Assembly (NCBI GenBank): GCA_038232335.1
Contig: JBBSIA010000019.1
Span: 3,131-67,130, forward strand
Direction: 5' to 3'
DNA length: 64,000 nucleotides
DNA from: Chthoniobacterales bacterium
GTDB lineage: Bacteria; Verrucomicrobiota; Verrucomicrobiia; Chthoniobacterales; UBA10450
Position 1 is the first letter of the stretch; each line of letters begins with the position of its first letter. The notes beneath the pieces are model-generated. The model worked only from the letters and a program-made list of their open reading frames with translations. It was not told the origin of the DNA and did no database searches. The translations under genes were made by a program, and so were the position numbers. Shown in pieces: positions 27,286 through 37,360 of the stretch.

Positions 27286-29397
27286 GTGAATCCGACTCCT
27301 GTCTTGCCAGAAACCGGTGCTTCGAACGGCGCTCCCGCCGCCAGCCTCGCTTCTGCGGCCAGTCCGGGTTACGATCGCGCGGATCTGCGGCCGGAGAATA
27401 TCGACGACGCCGTCATTCGCCTCGCCGGTAATTCACAGGACGGCATCCAATCCGCCGGCGCCTTTCTCGCGCGGCTTGCCGGGCGCAGCGATCAGGACGT
27501 CATGACTTATATGACGATCCCCGCCACCATTTCCGGTGGACCGTCGATCTTCCAGGTCCGGATGGGGACGGGCGAAGTGCTTTCGGCCGGCGATGAAGCC
27601 GACTTCCTCGTCGCCTTTTATCAGCACAGTTACCAGGACCACATCGATTTTCTAAAAGAAGGCGGTGTCCTGCTTTACGATTCCGATAATGTCGAGCCCA
27701 ATCTCGACGACCGGCGGTTCGTCTACGTCGGCGTGCCGATCACCGGACTCACGGTCGAGGCGCTCGGCGGGACCGCGAAGGACAAAGGCAAAAACATTTT
27801 TGTTCTCGGTCTGATCTCAAAGATTTTTCATCTGGATGTCGAGAAGCTGAAAACTCTGATCAGCGAAAAATTCGCCGGAAAAGATGAAAGCATCGTCAAC
27901 ACAGCGTTGATGGCGTTTCAGGCCGGCTATGCCTATCCAGTCGGCAATGTGCTGACGAAGCAGTATCAATTTGAGACCGTCGTCAAAAAAGAAGGCGCGC
28001 GCGCGCAGATCACGATGGATGGCAACCAGGCGCTCGCCTACGGATTGATTGCCGCGGGCGTGAGGTACGGCGCCGGGTATCCGATCACGCCGTGGTCGTC
28101 GGTCATGGAAACGTTGCGACGCGAACTGGCGAAATACGGCGGCATCTTTGTCCAGGCCGAGGACGAGCTGGCCGCGGTTTCGCTGGCCCTGGGCTTCTCC
28201 TTTTCGGGATACCTGGCGGTCACGGGCAGCGCTGGGCCGGGCATATCGCTCAAGACCGAGGCGATCGGTTGGGCGTCGATGGCCGAGATTCCGCTCATTA
28301 TCATTAATGTGCAGCGCGGCGGACCGAGCACGGGTCTGCCGACGAACGTCGAGCAGAGTGATTTGCATCAGGCAATTTACGGCGGGCATGGTGACAGTCC
28401 GCGCGTGGTCCTCGCCGCCGCCACCGTGGAAGATTGTTTCTACATCGCGATCGAAGCGGCACGGATCGCGCGGAAATACAGCACCCCGGTTTTCATTTTG
28501 AGCGATACATCGCTGGCCACGCGGATCGAAGCCTTCGACGAGCCGAATCTAGCCGAGTTAATGCATGACCCGAAACCCGATCTCACCCCGCGTGCGGCCG
28601 GGTTCAAGCCCTACGATCTCGATCGCATTACTCAACATGTGCCGCCTGGGACGCCCATGCTCGATGGTAAGTATCCGCTCGTCACCGGTCTCGAGCACGA
28701 TGAGATGGGACATCCCACCGGCAGTCCGAAGTTACACATGGCGATGACGGCCAAGCGCCGCACCAAACTGCAAAAGCTCGCCGAAGAAATTCCGCTGCCG
28801 GAACTTTACGGCGAGCCGGAGGGCGAGGTCCTGCTCGTCGGCTGGGGATCAACCTACGGTCCGATCCACGACGCTGCGAAACGCGGGCGGGAAAACGGAG
28901 CGAAGGTTTCCGCGCTGCACTTGCGCCACATTCATCCGTTGCCGAACGGCCTCGAAAAAATCTTTGCGCGTTTCAAACGCATCGTCGTTGTCGAGATGAA
29001 CGACCAGGGCGTCTATGGTTTTGGCCAGCTGGCGATCATTCTCCGTGCGCGTTTCTGCGAACCGAAAATCGAGAGCGTAACCAAGACCGACGGGCTGACG
29101 TATCGCGTGAAAGAAATTCTCGAAGGCGTTTTCGGTAGGGACGGCGCGCTGCGCCATCCTTCAACTAACGGCTCTTCTGTCGAGGCAAAGCCGCCGGCTC
29201 CCAAAGACACCGCGACCATGGCCGCCACCGACCGCGCAGAGTCGGCGGTCTCACCTGCAACGGACCGCGCTGGCGACAACACAGCCACAAAACCGGGCAC
29301 CGAAGCCGTCGCTGCCAGTTCGGGCACAAACGAACACGCCACCCACCCACCCGCCGAGCGTGCCGCCGATGCCGCGATTGCAGAAGGCGTGAAATGA
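27286..29397 (+). CDS. korA: 2-oxoacid:ferredoxin (acceptor) oxidoreductase, alpha subunit, with an ~88-aa low-complexity C-terminal tail
   Basis: VIRLAGNSQDGIQSAGAFLARLAGRS, MDGNQALAYGLIAAGVRYGAGYPITPWS, and QAEDELAAVSLALGFSFSG fit KorA. It has a GTG start. The tail from about 29131 is A/T/P/S-rich. Confidence 0.85.
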   Translation: MNPTPVLPETGASNGAPAASLASAASPGYDRADLRPENIDDAVIRLAGNSQDGIQSAGAFLARLAGRSDQDVMTYMTIPATISGGPSIFQVRMGTGEVLSAGDEADFLVAFYQHSYQDHIDFLKEGGVLLYDSDNVEPNLDDRRFVYVGVPITGLTVEALGGTAKDKGKNIFVLGLISKIFHLDVEKLKTLISEKFAGKDESIVNTALMAFQAGYAYPVGNVLTKQYQFETVVKKEGARAQITMDGNQALAYGLIAAGVRYGAGYPITPWSSVMETLRRELAKYGGIFVQAEDELAAVSLALGFSFSGYLAVTGSAGPGISLKTEAIGWASMAEIPLIIINVQRGGPSTGLPTNVEQSDLHQAIYGGHGDSPRVVLAAATVEDCFYIAIEAARIARKYSTPVFILSDTSLATRIEAFDEPNLAELMHDPKPDLTPRAAGFKPYDLDRITQHVPPGTPMLDGKYPLVTGLEHDEMGHPTGSPKLHMAMTAKRRTKLQKLAEEIPLPELYGEPEGEVLLVGWGSTYGPIHDAAKRGRENGAKVSALHLRHIHPLPNGLEKIFARFKRIVVVEMNDQGVYGFGQLAIILRARFCEPKIESVTKTDGLTYRVKEILEGVFGRDGALRHPSTNGSSVEAKPPAPKDTATMAATDRAESAVSPATDRAGDNTATKPGTEAVAASSGTNEHATHPPAERAADAAIAEGVK

Positions 29398-29435
29398 ATC
29401 AGGAAAGTTGCTGGACTTAACCAAATGACCTCCCA

Positions 29436-30383
29436 ATGAGCACCGAAGCCCCAACAGCAATCTCCCTTCCGGTCCCAGAGCGCGAGAAGCTCACCAAGAA
29501 AGCCGTCACTGCGGATCATCCAACCTGGTGTCCGGGTTGCGGGGATTTCGCGGTTTTGGCTTCCTATTACAAGGTCATCGAGAAACGGCAGCTCGATCAC
29601 GAAAAGATCGTCACCCTCGCCGGCATCGGCTGCTCATCGCGCTTTCCCTATTTTGTGAACGGCCACGGCGCGCACTTCATTCATGGCCGCGCCGTCCCGC
29701 TTGCCTCCGGCATCAGCCTCGCCCGGCCCGACCTGCACGTCTTCCTCTTCGGCGGTGATGGCGACGGCTTCTCGATCGGTGGCAACCATCTCGAGCATGG
29801 TGCGCGCAAGAACATCAACATGACTTACTTCATCATGGACAACTTCGTCTATGGCCTGACGAAGAAGCAGACCTCGCCTACTTCGCCTATCGGTTTTAAA
29901 TCGAAGACCGATCCAACCGGTGCGATCGACCAGCCGGTCAACCCGATGAAGAAACTCATCTGCGCCGGAGCCACCTTCGTCGCGCGGACGCACGCCACGC
30001 AGGTCAATCACATGATCCAGATGATCGAGCGCGCGATGGATCATCAGGGCTTCTCCGTGATCGAATGTCTGAGCGAGTGCGTTGAATTTTTCCCCGGCGT
30101 TTTCGATCCGGCCAATCCCCGCAAAGGTGGCGCGTTCGAATTGATCCAGGAGAAGCAATGGGACAACACCCCTGAGGACGAGCTGCGCCACGACGTCACC
30201 GACGAGCTCGCCGCCTACAAACTGGCGCAATTACCTTTCCCTGGCGTCTTCGGGGTCTTTTACCAAAGCGACCGCCCGACCAAAAACGCGCTCGAAAAAA
30301 AGTGGATAGATCAAACTCGAGAAAAGCTTGGCCAGCCCACTGATCTGCAACTCCTCCAAAAAACCTTCGATCGGATGAAATGA
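29436..30383 (+). CDS. korB: 2-oxoacid:ferredoxin (acceptor) oxidoreductase, beta (TPP-binding) subunit
   Basis: HPTWCPGCGDFAVLASYYKV, AGIGCSSRFPYF, and GGDGDGFSIGGNHLEHGARKNINMTYFIMDNFVYGLTKKQ fit KorB. Confidence 0.88.
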   Translation: MSTEAPTAISLPVPEREKLTKKAVTADHPTWCPGCGDFAVLASYYKVIEKRQLDHEKIVTLAGIGCSSRFPYFVNGHGAHFIHGRAVPLASGISLARPDLHVFLFGGDGDGFSIGGNHLEHGARKNINMTYFIMDNFVYGLTKKQTSPTSPIGFKSKTDPTGAIDQPVNPMKKLICAGATFVARTHATQVNHMIQMIERAMDHQGFSVIECLSECVEFFPGVFDPANPRKGGAFELIQEKQWDNTPEDELRHDVTDELAAYKLAQLPFPGVFGVFYQSDRPTKNALEKKWIDQTREKLGQPTDLQLLQKTFDRMK

Positions 30384-30592
30384 GGTCCGTTGCAAAAATT
30401 GATCCCGGGATCATGAGCGGTGCACTGTGCTTCGCTGGCACGCGTGTTCCAATCCAGAACCTGATCGATTATCTCGAAGGCGGCGACTCGATTGAGGAAT
30501 TTCTTGACGGATTCCCCAGCGTGTCACGTGAGCAGGTCATCGCGTTCCTTAAGGAAGCGAAGGATCGCGTGCTCGCGGCTGCTACCGCGTGA
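30380..30592 (+). CDS. DUF433 domain protein (antitoxin-like)
   Basis: IDPGIMSGALCFAGTRVPIQNLIDYLEGGDSIEEFLDGFPSVSREQVIAFL fits DUF433. The ATG overlaps the korB stop (ATGA). Confidence 0.8.
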   Translation: MRSVAKIDPGIMSGALCFAGTRVPIQNLIDYLEGGDSIEEFLDGFPSVSREQVIAFLKEAKDRVLAAATA

Positions 30593-30907
30593 GACTGTTG
30601 CTCGACGAATGGGTTGATCGCAGACTCGCGCGCGAATTGACCGAGCACGCGGTTATGAGGGTGCCGCAACGTGGCTGGGCGGGCATCAAGAATGGCGATC
30701 TACTCGCGCTCGCGCAGAAAGAATTCGACGCATTCTTCACCGTCGACCGTAACTTTCGCTTCAACAAATCTGGGCAGGTTCCACATTGCGGTTGTGCTCC
30801 TTCGCGCATGGACAAACCGGCTCGAAGACATTCGCCCGCTCGCAGCAGTGCTGCTGCAACAGCTCCCTAACTCGCACCCCGGAGTGGTAGCGGTCATCGG
30901 CGGGTGA
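30589..30907 (+). pseudogene. Frameshifted DUF5615 (PIN-like, toxin-like partner of DUF433)
   Basis: The frame from 30589 reads MRLLLDEWVDRRLARELTEHAV...GDLLALAQKEFDAFFTVDRNFRFN. The +1 frame continues with the family-typical end LGRFHIAVVLLRAWTNRLEDIRPLAAVLLQQLPNSHPGVVAVIGG*. The shift lies in AACAAATCTGGG at about 30763-30772. Confidence 0.65.
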
Positions 30908-31177
30908 CGGTTGTCTCAAATACCTCTTTTTCTACTTTCGTCTTTCTACCTTCCACTTTCTCGCTGGGGGCAGCGATCAATGCTTAGCAGAAAGCCGGCA
31001 ACGCTTACCGACTTAGGACTTCTCCAAAGCCCTTCGACAGAATCAGGTAGTGTTCTGCACCGGCTGAAAATTCGTGTTGACCGGTCACATCGCGACTGCT
31101 CTAGATTCGGAATGCTGGCAGCCCCGCCCACTGAAGGTGGGCTTTCTACGCAGCGGTCAACGTATTCCGCTGTGAAC

Positions 31178-31768
31178 ATGTCGCCGCTTAAGGATGAATT
31201 GCGGGATATTCTTCAGCAAAAATCAGTTTGCCGTGGCAACTTTACCCTGGCCTCGGGCCTTCAAAGCGACTTTTACGTCGACGCAAAACTCACTACTTCC
31301 GATCCGCGGGCCGCGATGCTGCTTGGGCGCGTGGGCTGGCAGCTGATTCAGGAAACCGCCGCCACACGAAAGATCGGCGTCAACAGCATCGGCGGACTGA
31401 CTATGGGTGCCGACTGGATCGCGTTGAGTATTGGAATCGCCGCGCACCTGGGAGATCCTGGGACTTTTGTTCAGATTTTCAGCGTCAGGAAGTCGGTAAA
31501 GGAGCATGGCCGGCTCAAACGGATCGAGGGCAATTTCACGCCGGGTGATTCCGTCGTTGTGGTTGATGATGTCATCACGACTGGTGGATCAACCATTCAA
31601 GCGATAGAGGCGATCGAGGAGGCTGGCGGACAGATCGCTTTTGTCATCGTGCTGGTGGACAGAGAAGAAGGCGGCCGCGCCAAGATCGAGCGCCGTGGCT
31701 ACACAGTTGTTCCTATCTTCACTCGCACGGATCTCATCGAGGTGAATGCCGTCGAGGATCGAACCTGA
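31178..31768 (+). CDS. pyrE: Orotate phosphoribosyltransferase
   Basis: GNFTLASGLQSDFYVDAKL and the PRPP loop VVVVDDVITTGGSTIQAIEAIEEAGG identify it. The start is set at ATG 31178 (MSPLKDEL), not the track start at 30911. Confidence 0.85.
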   Translation: MSPLKDELRDILQQKSVCRGNFTLASGLQSDFYVDAKLTTSDPRAAMLLGRVGWQLIQETAATRKIGVNSIGGLTMGADWIALSIGIAAHLGDPGTFVQIFSVRKSVKEHGRLKRIEGNFTPGDSVVVVDDVITTGGSTIQAIEAIEEAGGQIAFVIVLVDREEGGRAKIERRGYTVVPIFTRTDLIEVNAVEDRT

Positions 31769-32061
31769 AGCTTGATCAGCGCGTTGTCTGGCGAGCTCAG
31801 CCAGCAAAAGCTCGAATCACTCAGCCGGGAACCGTCGGAATCGCGGACTAGATTGAAAATATTCTTCGCGCGGTTCAGCAACGAAATCCCGCAGAATGGA
31901 ACTTTGCAGCCACTTCTAATCTCTGCGAAGAAAGCCGGCGATCAGGCGCCCGCAGGCGACACGCCTGCTACCACACAAAGATTTTTTCTCCTGTAGGCTG
32001 CAAAATCCGACTCGCCGAAAGCACAACGCGCCACGCCCCCTCTGCTAACGGAACTGTCACT

Positions 32062-33069
32062 TCACGGTTGGCCGGTTCCACCCGCAGAGCCGTAGACTTG
32101 TCCTGTCGCGAAGCTGGCATCACTTGCGGCGAGCTGAACGTAGATCGATGCGAGCTCTGCCGGCTGGCCTGGTCTGCCGAGCGATGTTTGGCTTCCGAAC
32201 TTTTTCAGTTTTTCCTGGGTGGCTCCGCCACTCACCTGCAGGGGGGTCCAGATCGACCCTGGCGCAACTCCGTTCACGCGGATGCCTTTTGGTCCAAGCT
32301 GCTTCGCCAGCGATTTCACGTAGTTCATCGTCGCAGCCTTCGTTTGTGCGTAGTCATAGAGATCAGCCGAAGGATCGTAAGCTTGTTCGGAGGTGGTGCC
32401 GATGATCACCGACCCGGGCTGCAGGTGCGGCAGAGCAGCTTTGATGATCCAGAACGGCGCATAGACGTTGGTCTTCATCGTCGCGTCGAAATCCTCGGTT
32501 GAGACATCGAGAATCGAGGCGCGGGTTTGTTGCCGACCCGCATTGTTGACCAGAATATCCAGACCACCCAGGCCGCTCACGGCATCGGTCACCAACTTCT
32601 GGCAGAAAGCTTCTTCTCGTAAGTCCCCGGGCAAGGCAATCGCCTTGCGCCCTGCTTCCTTGATCAGCGCGATGACCTCCTGTGCATCCGGCTCTTCCGT
32701 TGGAAAATAATTAATTGCCACATCGGCGCCTTCACGCGCATAAGCGATCGCGGCGGCGCGTCCCATGCCTGAGTCACCGCCGGTGATCAGCGCCTTGCGG
32801 CCGATCAAACGCCCGGACCCTTTATAACTCTTCTCACCGTGATCCGGACGCGGATCCATTTTACCGGCGAGGCCGGGCCACGGCTGCTCCTGCCCCTTGA
32901 ACGGCGGTTTCGGATATTTTGTGGTCGGATCCTGTAATTTTTCCGGTGTCATAGATTCCTGCCTCGGAGTTGCTTCAGCGGCGAACATCGGCCCGGCAGC
33001 CATGGCAGCAAAGCCCGCCCCCAGGCGTCCGATCACCCGCCGCCGGCTGATTCTATTCTCTTCGTTCAT
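32062..33069 (-). CDS. SDR-family oxidoreductase with Tat-type signal peptide
   Basis: The N-terminus SRRRVIGRLGAGFAAMAAGPMFAAEA is a twin-arginine signal. KALITGGDSGMGRAAAIAYAREGADV is the NAD(P)-binding TGxxxGxG motif. YDYAQTKAA is the catalytic YxxxK motif. Confidence 0.85.
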   Translation of the reverse strand: MNEENRISRRRVIGRLGAGFAAMAAGPMFAAEATPRQESMTPEKLQDPTTKYPKPPFKGQEQPWPGLAGKMDPRPDHGEKSYKGSGRLIGRKALITGGDSGMGRAAAIAYAREGADVAINYFPTEEPDAQEVIALIKEAGRKAIALPGDLREEAFCQKLVTDAVSGLGGLDILVNNAGRQQTRASILDVSTEDFDATMKTNVYAPFWIIKAALPHLQPGSVIIGTTSEQAYDPSADLYDYAQTKAATMNYVKSLAKQLGPKGIRVNGVAPGSIWTPLQVSGGATQEKLKKFGSQTSLGRPGQPAELASIYVQLAASDASFATGQVYGSAGGTGQP

Positions 33070-33628
33070 GATGATGTAATATTGGTCCGCTGTCAGCAGC
33101 GGATGGCCTTTAGTTCAAGCCACATGATTCGCGCTCGCGCCGCTCCTTGGATGGGGCAGCTTCTTTTGCCTGTAAAACGTACTTCGCTCACCAGCATCGG
33201 GTCGTAGATCGCGCGCGTCGTTCTCAAGTTCACCCCTGCTCGTAGAGAGTCTTGAGGAAGGCATGAACTTGAGAACCAAACAAGAATTCCTGTTTTTCTG
33301 AATTCGCGCAAAAAACTGGAAGAGGCGTTCATCCGTCGTCTTGCCTCGCGTGCGGCGAACGCGATGTAATCCATTGCAGGACGCGTAAACTGGGTAGCGC
33401 TTATCATACGAGGCCAGTCGCCACCTGAACTTAGCAAGCCGGTATCGAAGGATCGCAGCGCAGCGACAATCGGGAGCACCGGCGTGAGGAAATCGCGCAG
33501 GCCTTGCGATTGTCCGTACAAAAGTTGTTCGCATCACGTGGGAATAAACCGCAGCCCACCTCCTCGTAAGTTCGTCCTCAATCGAGGAAGAGCAGATTAC
33601 AAAGCCTCGCAACAAATCGGAGAAATAT

Positions 33629-34765
33629 ATGTTCAAAACCGTTAAAAAATGTGCATTAAGAGCGTTCTTGTTGTTGGGCACGCTGGGTAGCGTTGCCCAA
33701 CAGGTCCACGCGCAAACTCCCGGCGCGGCGGGTGCGGTTTTCGCAATGACGAATCGCGCAGAGAATAACGAAGTGATTGCCTTCAGGCGAGCCGCCGATG
33801 GCACCCTCACTCAAACCAATCATTATTCGACGCGCGGCAATGGCATTGGGGTCGACTTCGATACTCAAGGCGGCCTGACGCTCAGTAGCGATCATCGCTT
33901 TCTCTACGCCTGTAATCCTGGAAGCGATAACGTGACGGTGTTCGCCGTGAATGGGTCCGCGCTGACCTTCCTGCAGAAAGTGTATGCAGGGGATCAGCCG
34001 CTAAGCATAACTCTCTTCGGGAATCTTGCTTACGTGCTCGATGGGACGGTCGCCGGTAACGGAGTAACCGGCTTCACCGTTCGCGCCGACGGTCGTCTGA
34101 CGCCGCTGCCGGATTCGTTCAAGGCGTTGAGCTCCCCCATTGCGGTTCCTGGCGTGGTTCGATTTAGTCCGGACGGCGGCTCGCTGATCGTCACGGCAAA
34201 AGTGGGAAGCGTCATTGACGTCTTCAGTGTTAGAGATGGCGGGCGTCTCAGCGATCCCGTGCCAAATCCATCCTTTGGTCCTCGCCCGTTTGCCGCCACA
34301 TTCCGTGACGACGGCCGCTTACTCGTGATCGAATCCGGTCTGCCGACACCCAATAACGCCGGCGTTTCTTCCTATAGTTTGAATCCGTCCAGTAGCACGT
34401 TATCTGTGATTACCGGATCGGCGAAGAATCGACAGACGGATGGTTGTTGGATCGTGATCAGAGACGACCAGAACGTCGCCTATACAGCAAATTTCGCCAG
34501 CGGTACGATCTCGAACTACCGGTTAGGTGTTGACGGGACTGCGACCTTAATTAGCGGATTTGCAGCCGTGACGGCACGAGATAGTCAACCGACGGACCTG
34601 GCTCTTAGCGCGGGCAGTCGTTACCTTTATAACCTTCTCCGGGGGACCGGTGGTGTGGCAGCCTATCGGGTGAGACCGCTAGGTGGTTTGGATCCTCTTG
34701 GCATCTTTGGGGTCGGTGGCGGTCTCCCAATCGCGAACGGTGCTTCCGGCCTCGCCGCTTATTAA
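33629..34765 (+). CDS. Secreted lactonase-type 7-bladed beta-propeller protein
   Basis: A signal peptide is followed by AVFAMTNRAENNEVIAFRRAADGTLTQ, DHRFLYACNPGSDNVTVFAV, and SPDGGSLIVTAKVGSVIDVFSV, which are repeated blade motifs. Confidence 0.75.
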   Translation: MFKTVKKCALRAFLLLGTLGSVAQQVHAQTPGAAGAVFAMTNRAENNEVIAFRRAADGTLTQTNHYSTRGNGIGVDFDTQGGLTLSSDHRFLYACNPGSDNVTVFAVNGSALTFLQKVYAGDQPLSITLFGNLAYVLDGTVAGNGVTGFTVRADGRLTPLPDSFKALSSPIAVPGVVRFSPDGGSLIVTAKVGSVIDVFSVRDGGRLSDPVPNPSFGPRPFAATFRDDGRLLVIESGLPTPNNAGVSSYSLNPSSSTLSVITGSAKNRQTDGCWIVIRDDQNVAYTANFASGTISNYRLGVDGTATLISGFAAVTARDSQPTDLALSAGSRYLYNLLRGTGGVAAYRVRPLGGLDPLGIFGVGGGLPIANGASGLAAY

Positions 34766-35067
34766 AATTGCGTTGTGGGAACCAGCGATTGGATAGATTC
34801 CGAAAGTCAAATAGGAAGGTGGAAGTAAGAGTCGACGCCAACGCATCAAGCCGGGATCAATGGTAAATCACTAAGCCGAAACAACGTGAACCGAATCAGG
34901 AGAACCGTCTTCCTTCCCGCTTTCCTAATTAGCATGTCCATGTTTGGGATAGGTCACCGCGATTGAAAAGCGGAGGGGGTGGCGCAGAGCCATCTAGCCG
35001 TGGAGGCCCCGGGGCCCACAGACCGCAAGCCTGTGCTCTGGCGCGGCAAACAGGTTCAAGAATAGCG

Positions 35068-35186
35068 GCTGTTAGTATTCAGCATGGCGGGGGCGCAATC
35101 CGTGAGCCGGGTTTTCCATCATAGAGGCGAGGCCTTTGGGCGATGCCACGGGATCCTCCCCGAAAGCGTTCGGGGCTCGGGATAAC
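35068..35186. repeat. REP-like palindromic intergenic element (family 1)
   Basis: GCTGTTAGTATTCAGC...CACGGGATCCTCCCCGAAAGCGTTCGGGGCTCGGGATAAC. The right arm is about 90% identical to 47518-47555. Confidence 0.6.
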
Positions 35187-35348
35187 GTTCTTTGATTTGC
35201 GAGATGGGGGTGAGTTCCAGCGTCTGGTTCGTTCGTCGACGTCATTAGCTTGATCAGCTGGGTTGCTGTATCCAGGCTGCTAAGGTCGCACCCACGCATT
35301 GTGAGCTGCGCTTTTGCTTCGAGCCGATCTTCCCGAGCCGCGCAGTCC

Positions 35349-35879
35349 CTACTCTTCCAATCGGGCGTAGAGCCGGTTCAGGAAATCGGAGGCGGCGGTG
35401 ACCGAAAAGACGGCGGCGATGATTCGGGTGGCACGCGGTGCCTGACGATGCGCAAAGACGAGTGCGGACGCAACCCAAGGAGCAATGCAATACGGACAGG
35501 TGATCAAGTCGCCGATGGCTTCCTGTATTCCCTCGCCGCGCGCTTTTTCTTCGACCTCGCCCGCCCCGGCGGATTTAACGAATTTCACAAAGGGCGCCCG
35601 AAAAGGACTGGTAACGAGATCTTTGGTTACGATCCGGCCGAGCTTGTGTGTCGCAATTCCGAGCAGCACCCAATCACTCCAGCTTAGGTCGGAGAACTTG
35701 CGTTCGTTTCTCTTCGCATTTGTGAGCGCGCTGGAAAGTCCGAGGGTAAACAATCCACACAATGCCGCATAGCCCCCGAGAGGCCGCTTCTGACGCGAGT
35801 ACCCGGAAAACAAATCCGCTGACTTCTGCTTCCCCCGCTTTATCGACCTTGTCGGCGCGGGCGTTTTTCTTGCCGCCAT
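35349..35879 (-). CDS. DUF1360 membrane protein
   Basis: WVLLGIATHKLGRIVTKDLVTSPFRAPF...IGDLITCPYCIAPWVASALVF fits DUF1360. Confidence 0.75.
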   Translation of the reverse strand: MAARKTPAPTRSIKRGKQKSADLFSGYSRQKRPLGGYAALCGLFTLGLSSALTNAKRNERKFSDLSWSDWVLLGIATHKLGRIVTKDLVTSPFRAPFVKFVKSAGAGEVEEKARGEGIQEAIGDLITCPYCIAPWVASALVFAHRQAPRATRIIAAVFSVTAASDFLNRLYARLEE

Positions 35880-35901
35880 TCAACTCCCTTCAAACGAGTC
35901 G

Positions 35902-36639
35902 TCACGCACTGGGGATGTATTTTTCCAGCTTCGCGCGATCACCTTCGGTTGTCACAAGATACGCCTGGTCGCCCTCTATCCACGCCGCCGTCATCCATTC
36001 GCCTTCCGGCGAAAACTGCGGCTCGGCGGTGGCCCGGAGATTCGGCACAGCCGCACGATTGACAACAAACAGATGCAACAGCTTGCCCTCCCCACGGCGA
36101 AAACACACCAGCGAGACGTCGTGTCCGCGGAAGCGCAAGGAGCGACAGCCGATCGGCTGCATCTCCCGAAGCTGCTTCGGGATCTGGAACTGCGAGGGGG
36201 CACCTGATTTCGCGAGATAATCTCTGACGTGCGAAAGCTCGTTGGATTTGAGCTCGAGCGCGGGATCCACTTTGACGAAGCTCACCATTTCGTCGCGGTA
36301 ATCGGCAAACGAAACCGCGGGTTGGAATGGTCCTCGCCACGAGCCGAACATCACTGCGAGCGCCACGATTGCGGCAGCGGCGAGCAAGATTCGGCGTCGC
36401 CACGCTGTCTGGCGCATTAGCGGCGGGTTCTCTTGTGATAGCAACCGTGGCTTCAACGTCGAGGGCACATCCATCTCCTGTAATTTCGAAGCGATGGCGC
36501 GGTCGGTCTCCTGCTCTTCCGTCCACCAGTCTGCCAGCGCCAGATCGGCACCGGCTCGCTGCTCGGCCTCTCGCAGACGGGCGTCGCTTTCTCCGGTTCG
36601 ATGCACGCTTAGAATAGAGCGGACTTCCCGGTCATCCAT
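35902..36639 (-). CDS. Anti-sigma factor (single transmembrane helix, extracytoplasmic domain)
   Basis: It overlaps the sigma-factor stop (ATGGATGA). The cytoplasmic N-terminus is followed by a transmembrane helix (ILLAAAAIVALAVMFGSW) and a ~150-aa external domain. The start is set at MDDREV (36639). Confidence 0.65.
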   Translation of the reverse strand: MDDREVRSILSVHRTGESDARLREAEQRAGADLALADWWTEEQETDRAIASKLQEMDVPSTLKPRLLSQENPPLMRQTAWRRRILLAAAAIVALAVMFGSWRGPFQPAVSFADYRDEMVSFVKVDPALELKSNELSHVRDYLAKSGAPSQFQIPKQLREMQPIGCRSLRFRGHDVSLVCFRRGEGKLLHLFVVNRAAVPNLRATAEPQFSPEGEWMTAAWIEGDQAYLVTTEGDRAKLEKYIPSA

Positions 36640-37174
36640 GGTGATGCTCCCTTTGTAGAGGAACGACCTTGCGGTCTTCAATCGCAGCCGCGTCGGTCAG
36701 CTTCTTGCGCAGTTCCGCTTTGCCCCGCGAGATTCGCGACATCACCGTGCCGATCGGGATTTCGAGAATTTCGGCGATCTCGCGATAAGAGTGTTGCTTC
36801 ATGTAAAACAGAGCTACGGGGGCGCGGTAGCGGGGTTCAAGCGCCTGCAATGCTTGTTGCACGATCCCGGCATCCAGAGAATCGACAATTGATGCTGCGA
36901 TCTGCTGCGGTTCGACAAATTGAGAGTCATCTTCGACATCGACGAACCGCTCGCTGTGCCGCTTTTTCGCGAGGAATTCACGATAGAGCGTCGTGAATAG
37001 CCACGTCTTTGCTTTGGACGGATCCCGCAACTGATGCCCCTTCTTCGCCCACGTCAGAAACGCGTGCTGCGTGAGATCTGCGGCGTCGGATTGATTGCGG
37101 ATCAGCGACAAGCCGAAGCGGTAGAGAGGCATGTAATATTCCTCCACCAAACGTTCGAAATTGACGTCCGCCAC
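36632..37174 (-). CDS. ECF-type RNA polymerase sigma factor
   Basis: Region 2 is YYMPLYRFGLSLIRNQSDAADLTQHAFLTWAK. Region 4 is PRYRAPVALFYMKQHSYREIAEILEIPIGTVMSRISRGKAELRKKL. Confidence 0.9.
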   Translation of the reverse strand: MADVNFERLVEEYYMPLYRFGLSLIRNQSDAADLTQHAFLTWAKKGHQLRDPSKAKTWLFTTLYREFLAKKRHSERFVDVEDDSQFVEPQQIAASIVDSLDAGIVQQALQALEPRYRAPVALFYMKQHSYREIAEILEIPIGTVMSRISRGKAELRKKLTDAAAIEDRKVVPLQREHHHG

Positions 37175-37360
37175 GCAACCATACCTACTGCCGAAAACGG
37201 CTTAGGCCAGTCAAAAACTGTGTGGCATCGGCGGATCGCAGCCGGGTGGCGATCCCGTCGATTGTTGGAGCGGAGCTGGCTCAGCACGCCCGTAAGAGTG
37301 CCGGCCCGAGATAAATATTCCACAGTGAAATAACCGCCGTAAAACCTTGCTCACATCTTT

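Noticed and set aside
33093-33810. Overlapping minus-strand ORFs of 142 and 231 aa between the SDR gene and the lactonase gene.
   Set aside because: No recognisable family. The 231-aa ORF overlaps the lactonase start. The 142-aa ORF could be real, but I cannot support it. A 500-bp unexplained gap remains here.
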